Below the pieces are notes generated by a model. The model saw only the letters and a list, made by a program, of their open reading frames with translations, searched no databases and was not told the DNA's origin. Below are positions 48,970 to 57,461 of a stretch of DNA of 64,000 nucleotides, one piece after another. Each line of letters opens with the position of its first letter. Position 1 is the first letter of the stretch. The translations under genes were made by a program, and so were the position numbers. The stretch lies in assembly GCA_036520315.1 (NCBI GenBank), contig DATDJZ010000030.1:5602-69601 (forward strand). Reading direction: 5' to 3'. This DNA comes from Solirubrobacterales bacterium. Its GTDB lineage: Bacteria > Actinomycetota > Thermoleophilia > Solirubrobacterales > 70-9.

Positions 48970-48985
48970 GGCGAGAATGCTCGCC
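48970..48985. promoter_or_regulatory. perfect palindrome GGCGAG-AATG-CTCGCC filling the 17-bp divergent GT2/GT4 spacer
   Basis: Read directly. It is flanked by GTG 48969 (minus strand) and ATG 48987 (plus strand). Confidence 0.3.
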
Positions 48986-48986
48986 C

Positions 48987-50102
48987 ATGCGCGTCCAACT
49001 CGTCGATCCGGCGGCCTACACGCCGCCCTATGACCACGCCCTGGCAGGCGCCCTCGCCCGTGCGGGAGCCGAGGTCGAGCTGGTCACCTCCCGCTTCTCC
49101 TACGGCCCGGTGCCACAGGAGCGGGGTTATCGGGTGCGAGAGCTCTTCTATCGGCGCTCGTCACGGGAAGGCATCGGTCCGCGCCGTCGCCGCCTGCTGC
49201 GCGCGGCTGAACACGTCCCGGACATGCTCCGCTACCGCCGCGTCGCCGCGGCAGCCGATCTCGTCCACTACATGTGGCTTCCCATCCCGGCCCTGGACCG
49301 CCGCCTGCTCGCGCGCAAGCGCCCGCGGATCTACACGATGCACTGGCGGCTGCCCGAGGCCGGGACCCGGATCGCCCGCACCCTGACCCGTCTCCTGGCG
49401 GAGATGGACGCGGTGGTGGTCCACTCAGAGCACGGAGCGAAGCGCCTCGAGCGCGACTTCGCCGTTCCGCAGGAGAGGCTGCGGGTGATCCCGCACGGCG
49501 CCTTCGACTACCTGACCCGCCAGGAGGACGAAGAGCCGCTGCCCGCCGAGCTCCGCGAGGTCACCGGGCCGGTGATCCTGGCGTTCGGCCTGGTCCGCCC
49601 CTACAAGGGAACCGACGTCCTGCTCGAGGCCTTCAGAAGGCTGGAGGGCGCCGAGCTCTGGGTGGTCGGCATGCCGCGGATGCCGATGGACGAGCTCCGC
49701 GAGCTGGCCCGGCAGGCCCGGAGCACGGTCCGCTTCGTCGACCGCTTCATAACCGATCCGCAGATCCCCGCATTCATGCGCCGTGCCGACGTGGCCGTGC
49801 TGCCCTACCGGAACATCGAGCAATCGGGAGTCCTCTACACGGCGCTGGCGTTCGGCCGGCCGCTGGTGCTGAGCGCGGTCGGCGGCTTCCCGGAGATCGC
49901 CGAGCAGGGAGCGGCTCGGCTGGTGCCGCCCGAGGATCCCAAAGCCCTCGCTGAGAGCCTGCGTGAGCTGCTCGCCGACCGCTCCGCCCGAGACTCACTC
50001 GCGGACGCCGCGACGAAGGCGGCCGCGACGACCTACTCCTGGGAGCGGATCGGTGAGCAGACGATGGCCCTCTATCGCGATCTGCTCGGTCAGCGGAAAT
50101 GA
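48987..50102 (+). CDS. glycosyltransferase family 4 (GT-B)
   Basis: 371 aa. C-terminal EX7E-like region: VLPYRNIEQSGVLYTALAFGRPLVLSAVGGFPE. Confidence 0.85.
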   Translation: MRVQLVDPAAYTPPYDHALAGALARAGAEVELVTSRFSYGPVPQERGYRVRELFYRRSSREGIGPRRRRLLRAAEHVPDMLRYRRVAAAADLVHYMWLPIPALDRRLLARKRPRIYTMHWRLPEAGTRIARTLTRLLAEMDAVVVHSEHGAKRLERDFAVPQERLRVIPHGAFDYLTRQEDEEPLPAELREVTGPVILAFGLVRPYKGTDVLLEAFRRLEGAELWVVGMPRMPMDELRELARQARSTVRFVDRFITDPQIPAFMRRADVAVLPYRNIEQSGVLYTALAFGRPLVLSAVGGFPEIAEQGAARLVPPEDPKALAESLRELLADRSARDSLADAATKAAATTYSWERIGEQTMALYRDLLGQRK

Positions 50103-50128
50103 CTGCGGTCAGCCGATAATCCCCCGCT

Positions 50129-51310
50129 ATGGCACTCGAAATCGTCTTCTGGGTGGCCGTGGGCCTGATCGTCTACGCCCACCTGGGCTACCCGCTCCTG
50201 CTCCGCGCGCTGGTCGCGTTGTTCGGCGAGCGTGATGCGAGGGTGCGCGACAGCGCAGATGCGAGGGCGCGCGACAGCGCGACCCGTGAGATGGCGAAGC
50301 CGGATGACGTTCTCCCCCGGGTCAGCCTGATCGTCCCGGCGCGTGACGAGGAGATCGTCATCGAGCGCAAGCTCGCCAACGTCCGGGAGCTCGACTACCC
50401 GCCCGGGCAGCTCGAGGTGATCGTGGCCTCCGATGGCTCCTCCGACCGCACCGCCGAACTGGCGCGCGCGGCGGGCGCCGATCGGGTCCTCGAGCTCCCC
50501 CGCGGGGGCAAGGTCGGCGCTCTGAACGCGTCCGTCCGTGGTGCGACGGGCGAGATCCTCGCCTTTTCCGACGCCAACAGCTACTGGCGGCCGGATGCAT
50601 TGCGCCGCCTCGTGGATCGCTTTGGCGACGAGCGAGTCGGCTACGCCTGCGGTCAGGTGCGATTCGAGGGCGGTGAGGGCGGCAACCAGGAGGGGCTCTA
50701 CTGGCGCTACGAGATGGCCGTCCGCTCGCTGGAGACCAGGCTCGCCGGGATCACGGCCGGGAACGGCGGCATCTACGCGGTCAGGCGTGAGGCCTACATC
50801 GAGCTCGACCCGAGCCGGGGCCAGGACATCGGCTTCCCCTTCGAGCTCACCAAGCGGGGCTGGCGCGCCGTCTACGAGCCGGCCGCGGTCGCCGAGGAGA
50901 TGATGGCGCCGACCGTCGAGGGGGAGTTCAAGCGCAAGCGGCGGATGATGTGGGGGCTCTGGGATGTGATGCTCCGCTGGGGGATGCTCAGCCCGCGCGG
51001 CTACGGACCCGCCTACGCCCTGGAGATCTACTCGCACCGCCTGCTCCGCTACCTGACCCCCTGGCTGCACCTGATCGCGCTCGCGGTGAACATCCCGCTG
51101 CTCTCGCACGGCTGGGTCTACGTCGTCACGATGGCGCTGCAGCTCGCCCTGCTGGCGAGCGCGGCCCTCGGGCGATTCATCCCCATCCTGCCTCTCCGGA
51201 TCGCCTACTACTACGTAACCGTGACCGCCTCGATCGCAGTCGGGCTCTGGGACCGCCTCCGTGCCGGCGCGGTCCCCATCGGCTGGGAGAAGGTGGAGGG
51301 CACCCGATGA
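50129..51310 (+). CDS. membrane-embedded glycosyltransferase family 2 (synthase-like, N- and C-terminal TM helices)
   Basis: VSLIVPARDEE, VASDGSSDRT, AFSDANS, GNGGIYAVRR and a RKRRMMWG-type motif. Contains a 24-bp tandem duplication. Confidence 0.85.
   Translation: MALEIVFWVAVGLIVYAHLGYPLLLRALVALFGERDARVRDSADARARDSATREMAKPDDVLPRVSLIVPARDEEIVIERKLANVRELDYPPGQLEVIVASDGSSDRTAELARAAGADRVLELPRGGKVGALNASVRGATGEILAFSDANSYWRPDALRRLVDRFGDERVGYACGQVRFEGGEGGNQEGLYWRYEMAVRSLETRLAGITAGNGGIYAVRREAYIELDPSRGQDIGFPFELTKRGWRAVYEPAAVAEEMMAPTVEGEFKRKRRMMWGLWDVMLRWGMLSPRGYGPAYALEIYSHRLLRYLTPWLHLIALAVNIPLLSHGWVYVVTMALQLALLASAALGRFIPILPLRIAYYYVTVTASIAVGLWDRLRAGAVPIGWEKVEGTR
50234..50281. repeat. imperfect 24-bp tandem duplication inside the GT2 gene
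   Basis: gatgcgagggtgcgcgacagcgca / gatgcgagggcgcgcgacagcgcg, encoding DARVRDSA DARARDSA. Confidence 0.8.
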
Positions 51311-52026
51311 CTCGGAGCGACGGCAAGGTGCCGACCGCGGCCCAGCAGCGCCTCGACGTGCCGGAGCCCCCGGTCCGCCCTCGCAAGGGGCTGCCCAGGG
51401 CAGTCGACCTGGCGATCGCCGCAGTCGGCCTGCTGCTCCTCTCCCCGCTGCTGCTCGCAGCCGGAATCGCCATCCGCCTGGAGTCGCGGGGGCCGGTCTT
51501 CTACCGCCAGCGACGAGTCGGCAAAGACGGCCTGATCTTCGAGCTCTACAAGCTCCGCACCATGCGCCAGGGGGCGGACCCGGTCGGCGTCGGCACCGCG
51601 GTGACGGCCGATGACCCGCGTGTGACCCGCGTCGGGCAGCTTCTCCGCCGCTACTCGCTCGACGAGCTGCCCAACCTGATCAACGTCGTGCGCGGCGAGA
51701 TGCGGATCGTCGGCCCGCGCGCCACCCTGCCCGCCCAGGTCGAGCTCTACACCCCCCGCCAGCTTCGCCGCCTCGATCTGCGCCCCGGCGTCACCGGCTG
51801 GGCCCAGATCCACGGGCGGGCGGGGATCCCGTGGGAGGAACGGATCGAGCTCGACGTCTGGTACGTCGAGCACCGCTCCCTCTGGCTCGACCTGAGGATC
51901 CTCGCCAAGACCCCGGCGGCGCTGTTGGGAGGCCCCGGAAGCGTCGCCAGGGACCCCTACGCGGGCTCCCCTCCCGACTCCCCGCTGCGCCAGGCGGCTG
52001 AGCGCGAGCGGGCTGGTAAGCGCTGA
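51307..52026 (+). CDS. small monotopic phosphoglycosyl transferase (PglC/WbaP C-terminal type bacterial sugar transferase)
   Basis: ATG at residue 120 of track ORF 50950..52026, overlapping the GT2 stop. RAVDLAIAAVGLLLLSPLLL, PVFYRQRRVGKDG, FELYKLRTM, DELPNLINVVRGEMRIVGPR. Confidence 0.88.
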   Translation: MTRSDGKVPTAAQQRLDVPEPPVRPRKGLPRAVDLAIAAVGLLLLSPLLLAAGIAIRLESRGPVFYRQRRVGKDGLIFELYKLRTMRQGADPVGVGTAVTADDPRVTRVGQLLRRYSLDELPNLINVVRGEMRIVGPRATLPAQVELYTPRQLRRLDLRPGVTGWAQIHGRAGIPWEERIELDVWYVEHRSLWLDLRILAKTPAALLGGPGSVARDPYAGSPPDSPLRQAAERERAGKR

Positions 52027-52574
52027 TGGCGCGAGGCATTTCGCTGAGGGACTTCCGCTCCGAGGACGCCGAGGCTGTCCACCGCTGGTTCAACTCGCCG
52101 GCGGCGACGGCGAACCTGCTCGAGCATCGAGAGGGCGTGTTCACGGAAGACGATGCGAGGCGCTGGGTGGAGCGGGCGATCGAGCAGTCGACAGACCCGG
52201 GCTCCGAGGACCGCAAGTGGGCGGTGGAGGTGGAGGGAATCGACGGCGCCGTCGGGTTCACGGCGCTCTACGGTCTGCACCGCCAGACGGCACCCGAGCT
52301 CGGGGCGATCATGGGCGACGAGCGGGTGGGCGGGATGGGAGTCGGGCGGGAGGCCGAGCGGCTCACCAACCTGAAGGCCTTCGAGGAGTTCGGCGCGCAC
52401 AAGGTCTACGGCCGGATCCCAGCGACGAACGAGGCCGCGAAGAAGGCCGTGATCTACAACGGCTGGAAGCAGGAGGGTGTTCTGCGCCGGCACGTGCGCC
52501 ATGGGGACGAGTTGATCGACGTCGAGCTCTGGGGCGGCTTCCGGGAGGACCTCCCGAAGCCGCCCGACGAGTGA
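52026..52574 (+). CDS. GNAT family N-acetyltransferase
   Basis: 182 aa with a 1-nt overlap with the upstream stop. GMGVGREAERLTNLKAFEEFGAHKVYGRI...NEAAKKAVIYNGWKQEG is GNAT motif A/B-like. Confidence 0.8.
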   Translation: MARGISLRDFRSEDAEAVHRWFNSPAATANLLEHREGVFTEDDARRWVERAIEQSTDPGSEDRKWAVEVEGIDGAVGFTALYGLHRQTAPELGAIMGDERVGGMGVGREAERLTNLKAFEEFGAHKVYGRIPATNEAAKKAVIYNGWKQEGVLRRHVRHGDELIDVELWGGFREDLPKPPDE

Positions 52575-52578
52575 TCGT

Positions 52579-53496
52579 GTGAAGGCCCGGCTGATCGAGG
52601 ACGGGGGCGCGGCCGCCTCCGATTCCGAGCAGTTCTTCCGCTCTCCGTCCTTTCTCGAGGCGGAGGCGGCCACTCACACGCTCACCATCGAGGGTGGCGC
52701 AGAGCTCCGCCTGCCGCTGATCGTCCGGCCGATCGACGGAATCGACAGGGTCGACGCGATCTCCCCGTACGGCTACCCGGGGGCCGACGGCACCCCCGAT
52801 GATCCGCCCGACCCGACGGAGATCGACTGGTCCGAGAGCGGCCTGGTGAGCATCTTCGTCCGGGATCGGATCGGCGATCGAACCTGCTTCGCCGGTGGGA
52901 CGGTGCGGTCGCAGGTCCACGTCGGCGAGGGCGAGGGCGGCGTCCGCAAGCGCCTGCGCGAGCAGATCCGGCGCAACCAGCGGCGCGGCTGGGAGGTGCG
53001 TCTTCTTCCCGGCCGCGAGGTGGAGATGGGCCATCTGCGCGCCTTCGAGCGTGCCTACGCCGAGACGATGACCCGCACCGGCGCGGCCGAGCGCTACCTC
53101 TACCCGACCAGCTACTTCGCGCGCCTCCTGCTGAGCGAGCCGAGCTGGCTGATCCTCGCCGAGCGAGAGGGGGAGGCCCTGGCGGGCGCCATCGCCGCCG
53201 CCAGCGACGGCTACCTGCACTACTACCTCGGCGGCACCGCGGACGAGGCGCTCAGTGATTCGCCGATGAAGAACCTCTTCTGGGCGATGATCGCCCATGG
53301 GAGCGAGCTCGGCCTGCCCGTCAACCTCGGCGGCGGGGTCACCCGAGGCGACTCCCTGGACGAGTTCAAGCGGGGCTTCGCCTCCGGCGAGGCGCCCTGG
53401 TACACCCATGAGGTGATCTGCGACCGGGACGCGTACGACGAGCTCTCGTCCAGTGCCGAGGCACCCGAGGGCTTCTTTCCCGGCTACCGATCCTGA
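52579..53496 (+). CDS. FemAB-like / Acetyltransf_6 (GNAT-fold, aminoacyl- or acyl-transferase) protein
   Basis: 305 aa. The blocks ...RKRLREQIRRNQRRGWEV...FERAYAETMTRTGA...YLHYYLGGTADEALSDSPMKNLFWAMI...LNLGGG...LDEFKRGF resemble FemAB/BioF2-like GNAT proteins. Assigned from pattern memory only. Confidence 0.55.
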   Translation: MKARLIEDGGAAASDSEQFFRSPSFLEAEAATHTLTIEGGAELRLPLIVRPIDGIDRVDAISPYGYPGADGTPDDPPDPTEIDWSESGLVSIFVRDRIGDRTCFAGGTVRSQVHVGEGEGGVRKRLREQIRRNQRRGWEVRLLPGREVEMGHLRAFERAYAETMTRTGAAERYLYPTSYFARLLLSEPSWLILAEREGEALAGAIAAASDGYLHYYLGGTADEALSDSPMKNLFWAMIAHGSELGLPVNLGGGVTRGDSLDEFKRGFASGEAPWYTHEVICDRDAYDELSSSAEAPEGFFPGYRS

Positions 53497-53508
53497 CGCC
53501 GCGTCAGG
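53492..53508. terminator. short hairpin CCTGACG-CCG-CGTCAGG containing both convergent stop codons
   Basis: 7-bp stem with a 3-nt loop. TGA 53494-53496 (plus-strand gene) and TCA 53504-53506 (minus-strand gene stop) lie in the two arms. Confidence 0.3.
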
Positions 53509-54742
53509 CGCCGGTGCCGCCGCTCGGGCCCATGGATCTCGGCTTCCGCTTCTTACAGGAGCGCTTGCCACCTCGGCCCTTGCTCTTCCTGCACCTGGCC
53601 TTCGCGAAGCGCTTGATGCGCTTCTGCACCGCGGTCTGGATCTGCGGGATCAGGGGGATCATCGCCCCGCCCGGGCAGGCGGTGAGGCCGAGGGTCGTGT
53701 GGCCGATGATCCGTGGGACCGTGATCACGGTGCCGGCCGCGTAGCGGCTCTCCGGCCCCCCTCCGGAGGTGAGTTGAACCATGTCCGTTACGGGATAGGC
53801 ACGGTTGACGGCCATCTTCCAGGCCAGGAAGCGGATGATCGAGCCCTGCGCCAGCGGCGTCGGCGCCTCGCTGGTGTGGTCGCCGATCGAGGCGATCGAG
53901 GTGGTCTCGGAGTTGAAGCCCTGCGCCTGGGCCCCGACCACCGGCCGCTTCAATCCACCCGCCCGGCCCTCATAGAGAGTCCCGTAGCGGTCGACGAGGG
54001 CGTTGTAACCGATGTCGTTCCAGCCGTTGCCGTAGACGTGGAACCGGCAGATTCCGAGGACGATCGAGGGAGCCTCCTCGGGGGTGTAGTCGTTGGCGTT
54101 CACGGTGTGGTGGATCACAGCCGCCTGGACGGTGCCGTACTCGGGCGGCCCCCTCGGCGGGCAGCCGCCGTCGGCCAGATCGGCCCCCCAGCCGGAGCGC
54201 TTCACGATGCGTGGCTTGGGGGCGATCGCCTGAGCCACGGGGGTGGAGGCGACCGAGATGAAGGCTGCGTTGATCGTCTCCCGCGCCCGATTCAGGAGAT
54301 TGCCGGCGAAGCCTCCCGCCGTTCCGGAGACGTTGACGAAATGCAGGCGGCCGCGCGGCTTGAAGGTCGCGCGCACCTGCGCCTGATCGGTGCCGCCGAC
54401 GTAGATCGGGGTGCCGTCCTCCTGCTCCACCCAGGTGGTCCACCTGCCGCCGTCGTCACGAACCCTGATCTGGACGGTGCGCATCTCGCGTGCCACGCCG
54501 ACCAGGTCGAAGCTGTGGGGAGCCTGGACCGGCGGCGAGATCCACCGCGCCGGGCGGTGGTGCGGATGGGCGGCGCGGGCGGCCGCGACGGCTTCTCCGG
54601 AGATCCGCTTCGCCTTCGGGATGCCGCGCTCGAAGTCGACCCCGCCCGGCATGTAGGGACGCAGGGAGAGCGCCGGCGCGGCGACCCAGGCGGAGGCACC
54701 CAGGAGGGCGAGTCCTACGCCAAGCGGTACCGGCTTGAGCAT
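53504..54742 (-). CDS. secreted N-acetylmuramoyl-L-alanine amidase (Amidase_2/PGRP domain) with Lys/Arg-rich C-terminal tail
   Basis: Signal peptide MLKPVPLGVGLALLGASAWVAAPALS. VIHHTVN...GWNDIGYNALVDRYGTLYEGRAGG...GFNSETTSIASIG is the Amidase_2 core. The tail reads KRIKRFAKARCRKSKGRGGKRSCKKRKPR. Confidence 0.8.
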   Translation of the reverse strand: MLKPVPLGVGLALLGASAWVAAPALSLRPYMPGGVDFERGIPKAKRISGEAVAAARAAHPHHRPARWISPPVQAPHSFDLVGVAREMRTVQIRVRDDGGRWTTWVEQEDGTPIYVGGTDQAQVRATFKPRGRLHFVNVSGTAGGFAGNLLNRARETINAAFISVASTPVAQAIAPKPRIVKRSGWGADLADGGCPPRGPPEYGTVQAAVIHHTVNANDYTPEEAPSIVLGICRFHVYGNGWNDIGYNALVDRYGTLYEGRAGGLKRPVVGAQAQGFNSETTSIASIGDHTSEAPTPLAQGSIIRFLAWKMAVNRAYPVTDMVQLTSGGGPESRYAAGTVITVPRIIGHTTLGLTACPGGAMIPLIPQIQTAVQKRIKRFAKARCRKSKGRGGKRSCKKRKPRSMGPSGGTGA

Positions 54743-54783
54743 CCGACGTTTGGAACACGCGTGGCGCGCCCGGGATGCGAGGC

Positions 54784-55557
54784 CTATGGCAAATCGATCG
54801 GGATCTGCTGCTCGGGGCCGTTGCCCCGGTAGGTGTCGCGGAAGTTCCGGATCACGTCGAGGACGGTCTCGTTGTAGCTCGGGCAGACCACCTCATTGGT
54901 CCAGGCGGTGACCGCGACGTCGTAGGGCATGTCGGGATCGGGATAGAGGAGCATCCCGTTGGGGTCGGCGTCGAAGACGCCCTTCAGCGCCAGCTGCTGG
55001 GCCTCGGGCAGGGTCGGCTTGTAGTGGATCTCGATCCGCCCGTGCTCCATGGCGTGCACCTCGTTGCGGATGTTGGTCGGCTGGCTGGTGTCGCTCGTCA
55101 CGGGCGTCGAGTAGGCGCCGTCATCGATCGGCACCGGGTTGTGGTTGCCCGAGGTGGGGGGCACCGTCTGGTAGTCGACCGGGGTCGAGTTGGGCACGTG
55201 AGTATTGCCCTCGTCGGGGAGGTCGAGCTTGAGCTGGCATCCCGCCTTCTGGGCGGAGATCTGCAAGTCGGCGAACTGGATCGTCGGCGGGGGCGTGCCC
55301 TCGCGGCAGTCCGGCTCCAACCCCCTGAACGTGCCACCCGAGTTCTTGATGTGCGCGTTGTCGCAGGTGCTCGCCTCGGCGGTGCCGCCGCCGCCGTTCA
55401 CGATCACGACCACCAGCCCCGCGACCACCGCAAGCGCGAGCAGGCCGGCCATCGCGTACCCGGCGATCAGCCGCCGCTGGCCCGAGGATGCGGCGGCACG
55501 CTCCGCGGCCAGCCGCTGCTGGCGCAGGCGCTCCTTCTCTTCCTTTCGGCTGGCCAT
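54784..55557 (-). CDS. DUF3105 domain membrane-anchored protein
   Basis: N-terminal basic region plus TM. YQTVPPTSGNHNP and HAMEHGRIEIHY are DUF3105 hallmarks. Confidence 0.7.
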   Translation of the reverse strand: MASRKEEKERLRQQRLAAERAAASSGQRRLIAGYAMAGLLALAVVAGLVVVIVNGGGGTAEASTCDNAHIKNSGGTFRGLEPDCREGTPPPTIQFADLQISAQKAGCQLKLDLPDEGNTHVPNSTPVDYQTVPPTSGNHNPVPIDDGAYSTPVTSDTSQPTNIRNEVHAMEHGRIEIHYKPTLPEAQQLALKGVFDADPNGMLLYPDPDMPYDVAVTAWTNEVVCPSYNETVLDVIRNFRDTYRGNGPEQQIPIDLP

Positions 55558-55586
55558 CGGGGAGCGGAGAGGCTAGCGGGTGGAAA

Positions 55587-56465
55587 TCAAGCTTCGCTTA
55601 GGGATCCGGCGGCCGTTTTCTCGGTTCCCGGATGCGTGGACGCCACCGGCTTGCCCTCCCAGACGTCGTCCAGGAAGCGGGCGAGTTCGCCGTCCAGCCG
55701 GTTCGGGGTGATCCGCCACTCGAGGATCGAGTTCGCCTCGATCAGCCTGGCGTTGGGGAGCTCCTCGGCCAGCATGCCGGCGTCCGAGAACGGGTGGAGC
55801 GGATCGGCATGGTGGCCGATCACCAGGGCGGGTTGCTCCATCTCGACCCGGAACTGGTGATGCGGCGCAGACGAGCCCAGGAAGAGGCCCTCAAGCACAG
55901 CCTCGGAGGGCGCGGGATCCTGCCTGATCCAGTCGAGTCCGATGTCGAGCAGCTGGTTGGTGCGCGGGATTCGCCGGGCGCCGGCCGCGACCAGCTTCAG
56001 GAGGGGCTCTCCGAAGCGCAGGCCGATCATCATCGGCGTGAAGATCACCGCCGCGGCGAGCAGGGCGTTGTCGAGCACCGGCATCTCGACCATCATGGCC
56101 TTGACCCGCTTCGGCTCCAGGTAGGCGAGCTCGAGGGTCACGTTGGCGCCCAGCGAGGTGCCTCCGATCACCGCGTTCTTGAGGTCGAGGTGATCGAGCA
56201 GCGCCTCGACCTGGCGGGCGAAGAAGGTCATCGAGTACTGGGACATCTCCGCGGGCCGATCGGAGCGCCCGTGGCCGAGCAGGTCGATGGCGATCACGCG
56301 ATTGCCCCGCTCCGCCATCGTCGGTCCCAGACGGTCGAACATGCCGCGGTTCATCAGCAGGCCGTGGATCAGGATCAAAGGCTGCTGACCCGCTCCGTAC
56401 TCCTCATAGGAGATCCGGTGGCCGTTGTATTCGAACTCAGGCATGCGACGGAGCAGTGTAGGCAC
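55587..56465 (-). CDS. alpha/beta hydrolase
   Basis: LILIHGLLMN (oxyanion HG) and the nucleophile elbow VIGGTSLGANV. 292 aa. Confidence 0.8.
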   Translation of the reverse strand: MPTLLRRMPEFEYNGHRISYEEYGAGQQPLILIHGLLMNRGMFDRLGPTMAERGNRVIAIDLLGHGRSDRPAEMSQYSMTFFARQVEALLDHLDLKNAVIGGTSLGANVTLELAYLEPKRVKAMMVEMPVLDNALLAAAVIFTPMMIGLRFGEPLLKLVAAGARRIPRTNQLLDIGLDWIRQDPAPSEAVLEGLFLGSSAPHHQFRVEMEQPALVIGHHADPLHPFSDAGMLAEELPNARLIEANSILEWRITPNRLDGELARFLDDVWEGKPVASTHPGTEKTAAGSLSEA

Positions 56466-56468
56466 CGT

Positions 56469-57389
56469 TCAAGTCGCCCGAACCGCGGCGGGCTCCTCAA
56501 GAGGGCCTGGCTCCCAGGGCCTGGCGGCCTTGAGGGCAGCGAGGATCGCCCGCGTCGCAGGCCAGCGGTTGAGCGCATAGAAGTGGATTCCGGGCGCGCC
56601 GGCCCGGAGCAGTTCGGCGCACTGCTGGGCCGCGTAGGCGACCCCGATCCCGAACTCCGCCTGCTCGTTCCCCTCAGCGGCCTCCATGGCATCCGAGAGC
56701 GGGTCGGGAATCCTCGCCTCGCAGAGTTCCGCGATCCGCGCGATCTGCTTGTAACGCGTCATCGGCATGATCCCCGGAATGATCGGCACCTCGATACCGG
56801 CCGCCCGCGCGGCCGGCACGAAGTCGAAGTAGGACCGGTTGTCATAGAAGAGCTGAGTGATCAAGAAGCTTGCGCCGTTGTCCACCTTGGTCTTCAGGTA
56901 GGCGATGTCCGCCTCCATGTCCTTGGCTTCCGGATGCACTTCCGGGAAGCAGGCGCCCCCGATTGCGACCTCGGGATGCGTCTCGCTGATCAGGGTCGTG
57001 AGGTCGGCTGCGCTGCCGAGGCCTCCCTCGGGTTGCTCGAAGTCCGTCTGGCCGCGAGGAGGGTCTCCGCGCAACGCGAGGATGTTCTGGATCCCGGCGG
57101 CGGCGATCTCCTCGACGGTCTCGCGCAGGCTCTCCCTGGTCTCGCCCACGCAGCTCAGATGGGCCATCGCCTCCACTCCGTGCTCGTCACGGATCTGGCG
57201 GGTGATCTCAACGGTCCCCTCGCGCGTCGCTCCGCCAGCTCCATAGGTGACCGAGAAGAAGCTCGGCCCGAGCTCGCGGAGCACGTCGACCGTCTCGAAC
57301 AGCGTCTCGCGACCCTCCTCCGTCTTCGGGGGAAAGAACTCGACCGAGAAAACCGGCCGCGAGGAAGCGAGGATCTCGTCGATTCTCAT
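56469..57389 (-). CDS. metF: methylenetetrahydrofolate reductase
   Basis: FSVEFFPPKT, FFSVTYGAGG, MAHLSCVG, ILALRGDPP, FLITQLFYD. Confidence 0.9.
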   Translation of the reverse strand: MRIDEILASSRPVFSVEFFPPKTEEGRETLFETVDVLRELGPSFFSVTYGAGGATREGTVEITRQIRDEHGVEAMAHLSCVGETRESLRETVEEIAAAGIQNILALRGDPPRGQTDFEQPEGGLGSAADLTTLISETHPEVAIGGACFPEVHPEAKDMEADIAYLKTKVDNGASFLITQLFYDNRSYFDFVPAARAAGIEVPIIPGIMPMTRYKQIARIAELCEARIPDPLSDAMEAAEGNEQAEFGIGVAYAAQQCAELLRAGAPGIHFYALNRWPATRAILAALKAARPWEPGPLEEPAAVRAT

Positions 57390-57461
57390 GCAGGCAAGGG
57401 TATTGACCGCCGCATCTGGCCGAGCCAGGCCGCGTTCACGCCGAATCGACCTCCGGAACGA

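Noticed and set aside
57390-57461. A possible SAM or other riboswitch in the leader of metF.
   Set aside because: Only about 70 nt remain between the glnK terminator hairpin and the metF ATG. I could not fold or match it to SAM-I, SAM-IV or other known aptamer consensus by eye. An Rfam/Infernal scan would be needed to exclude it formally.
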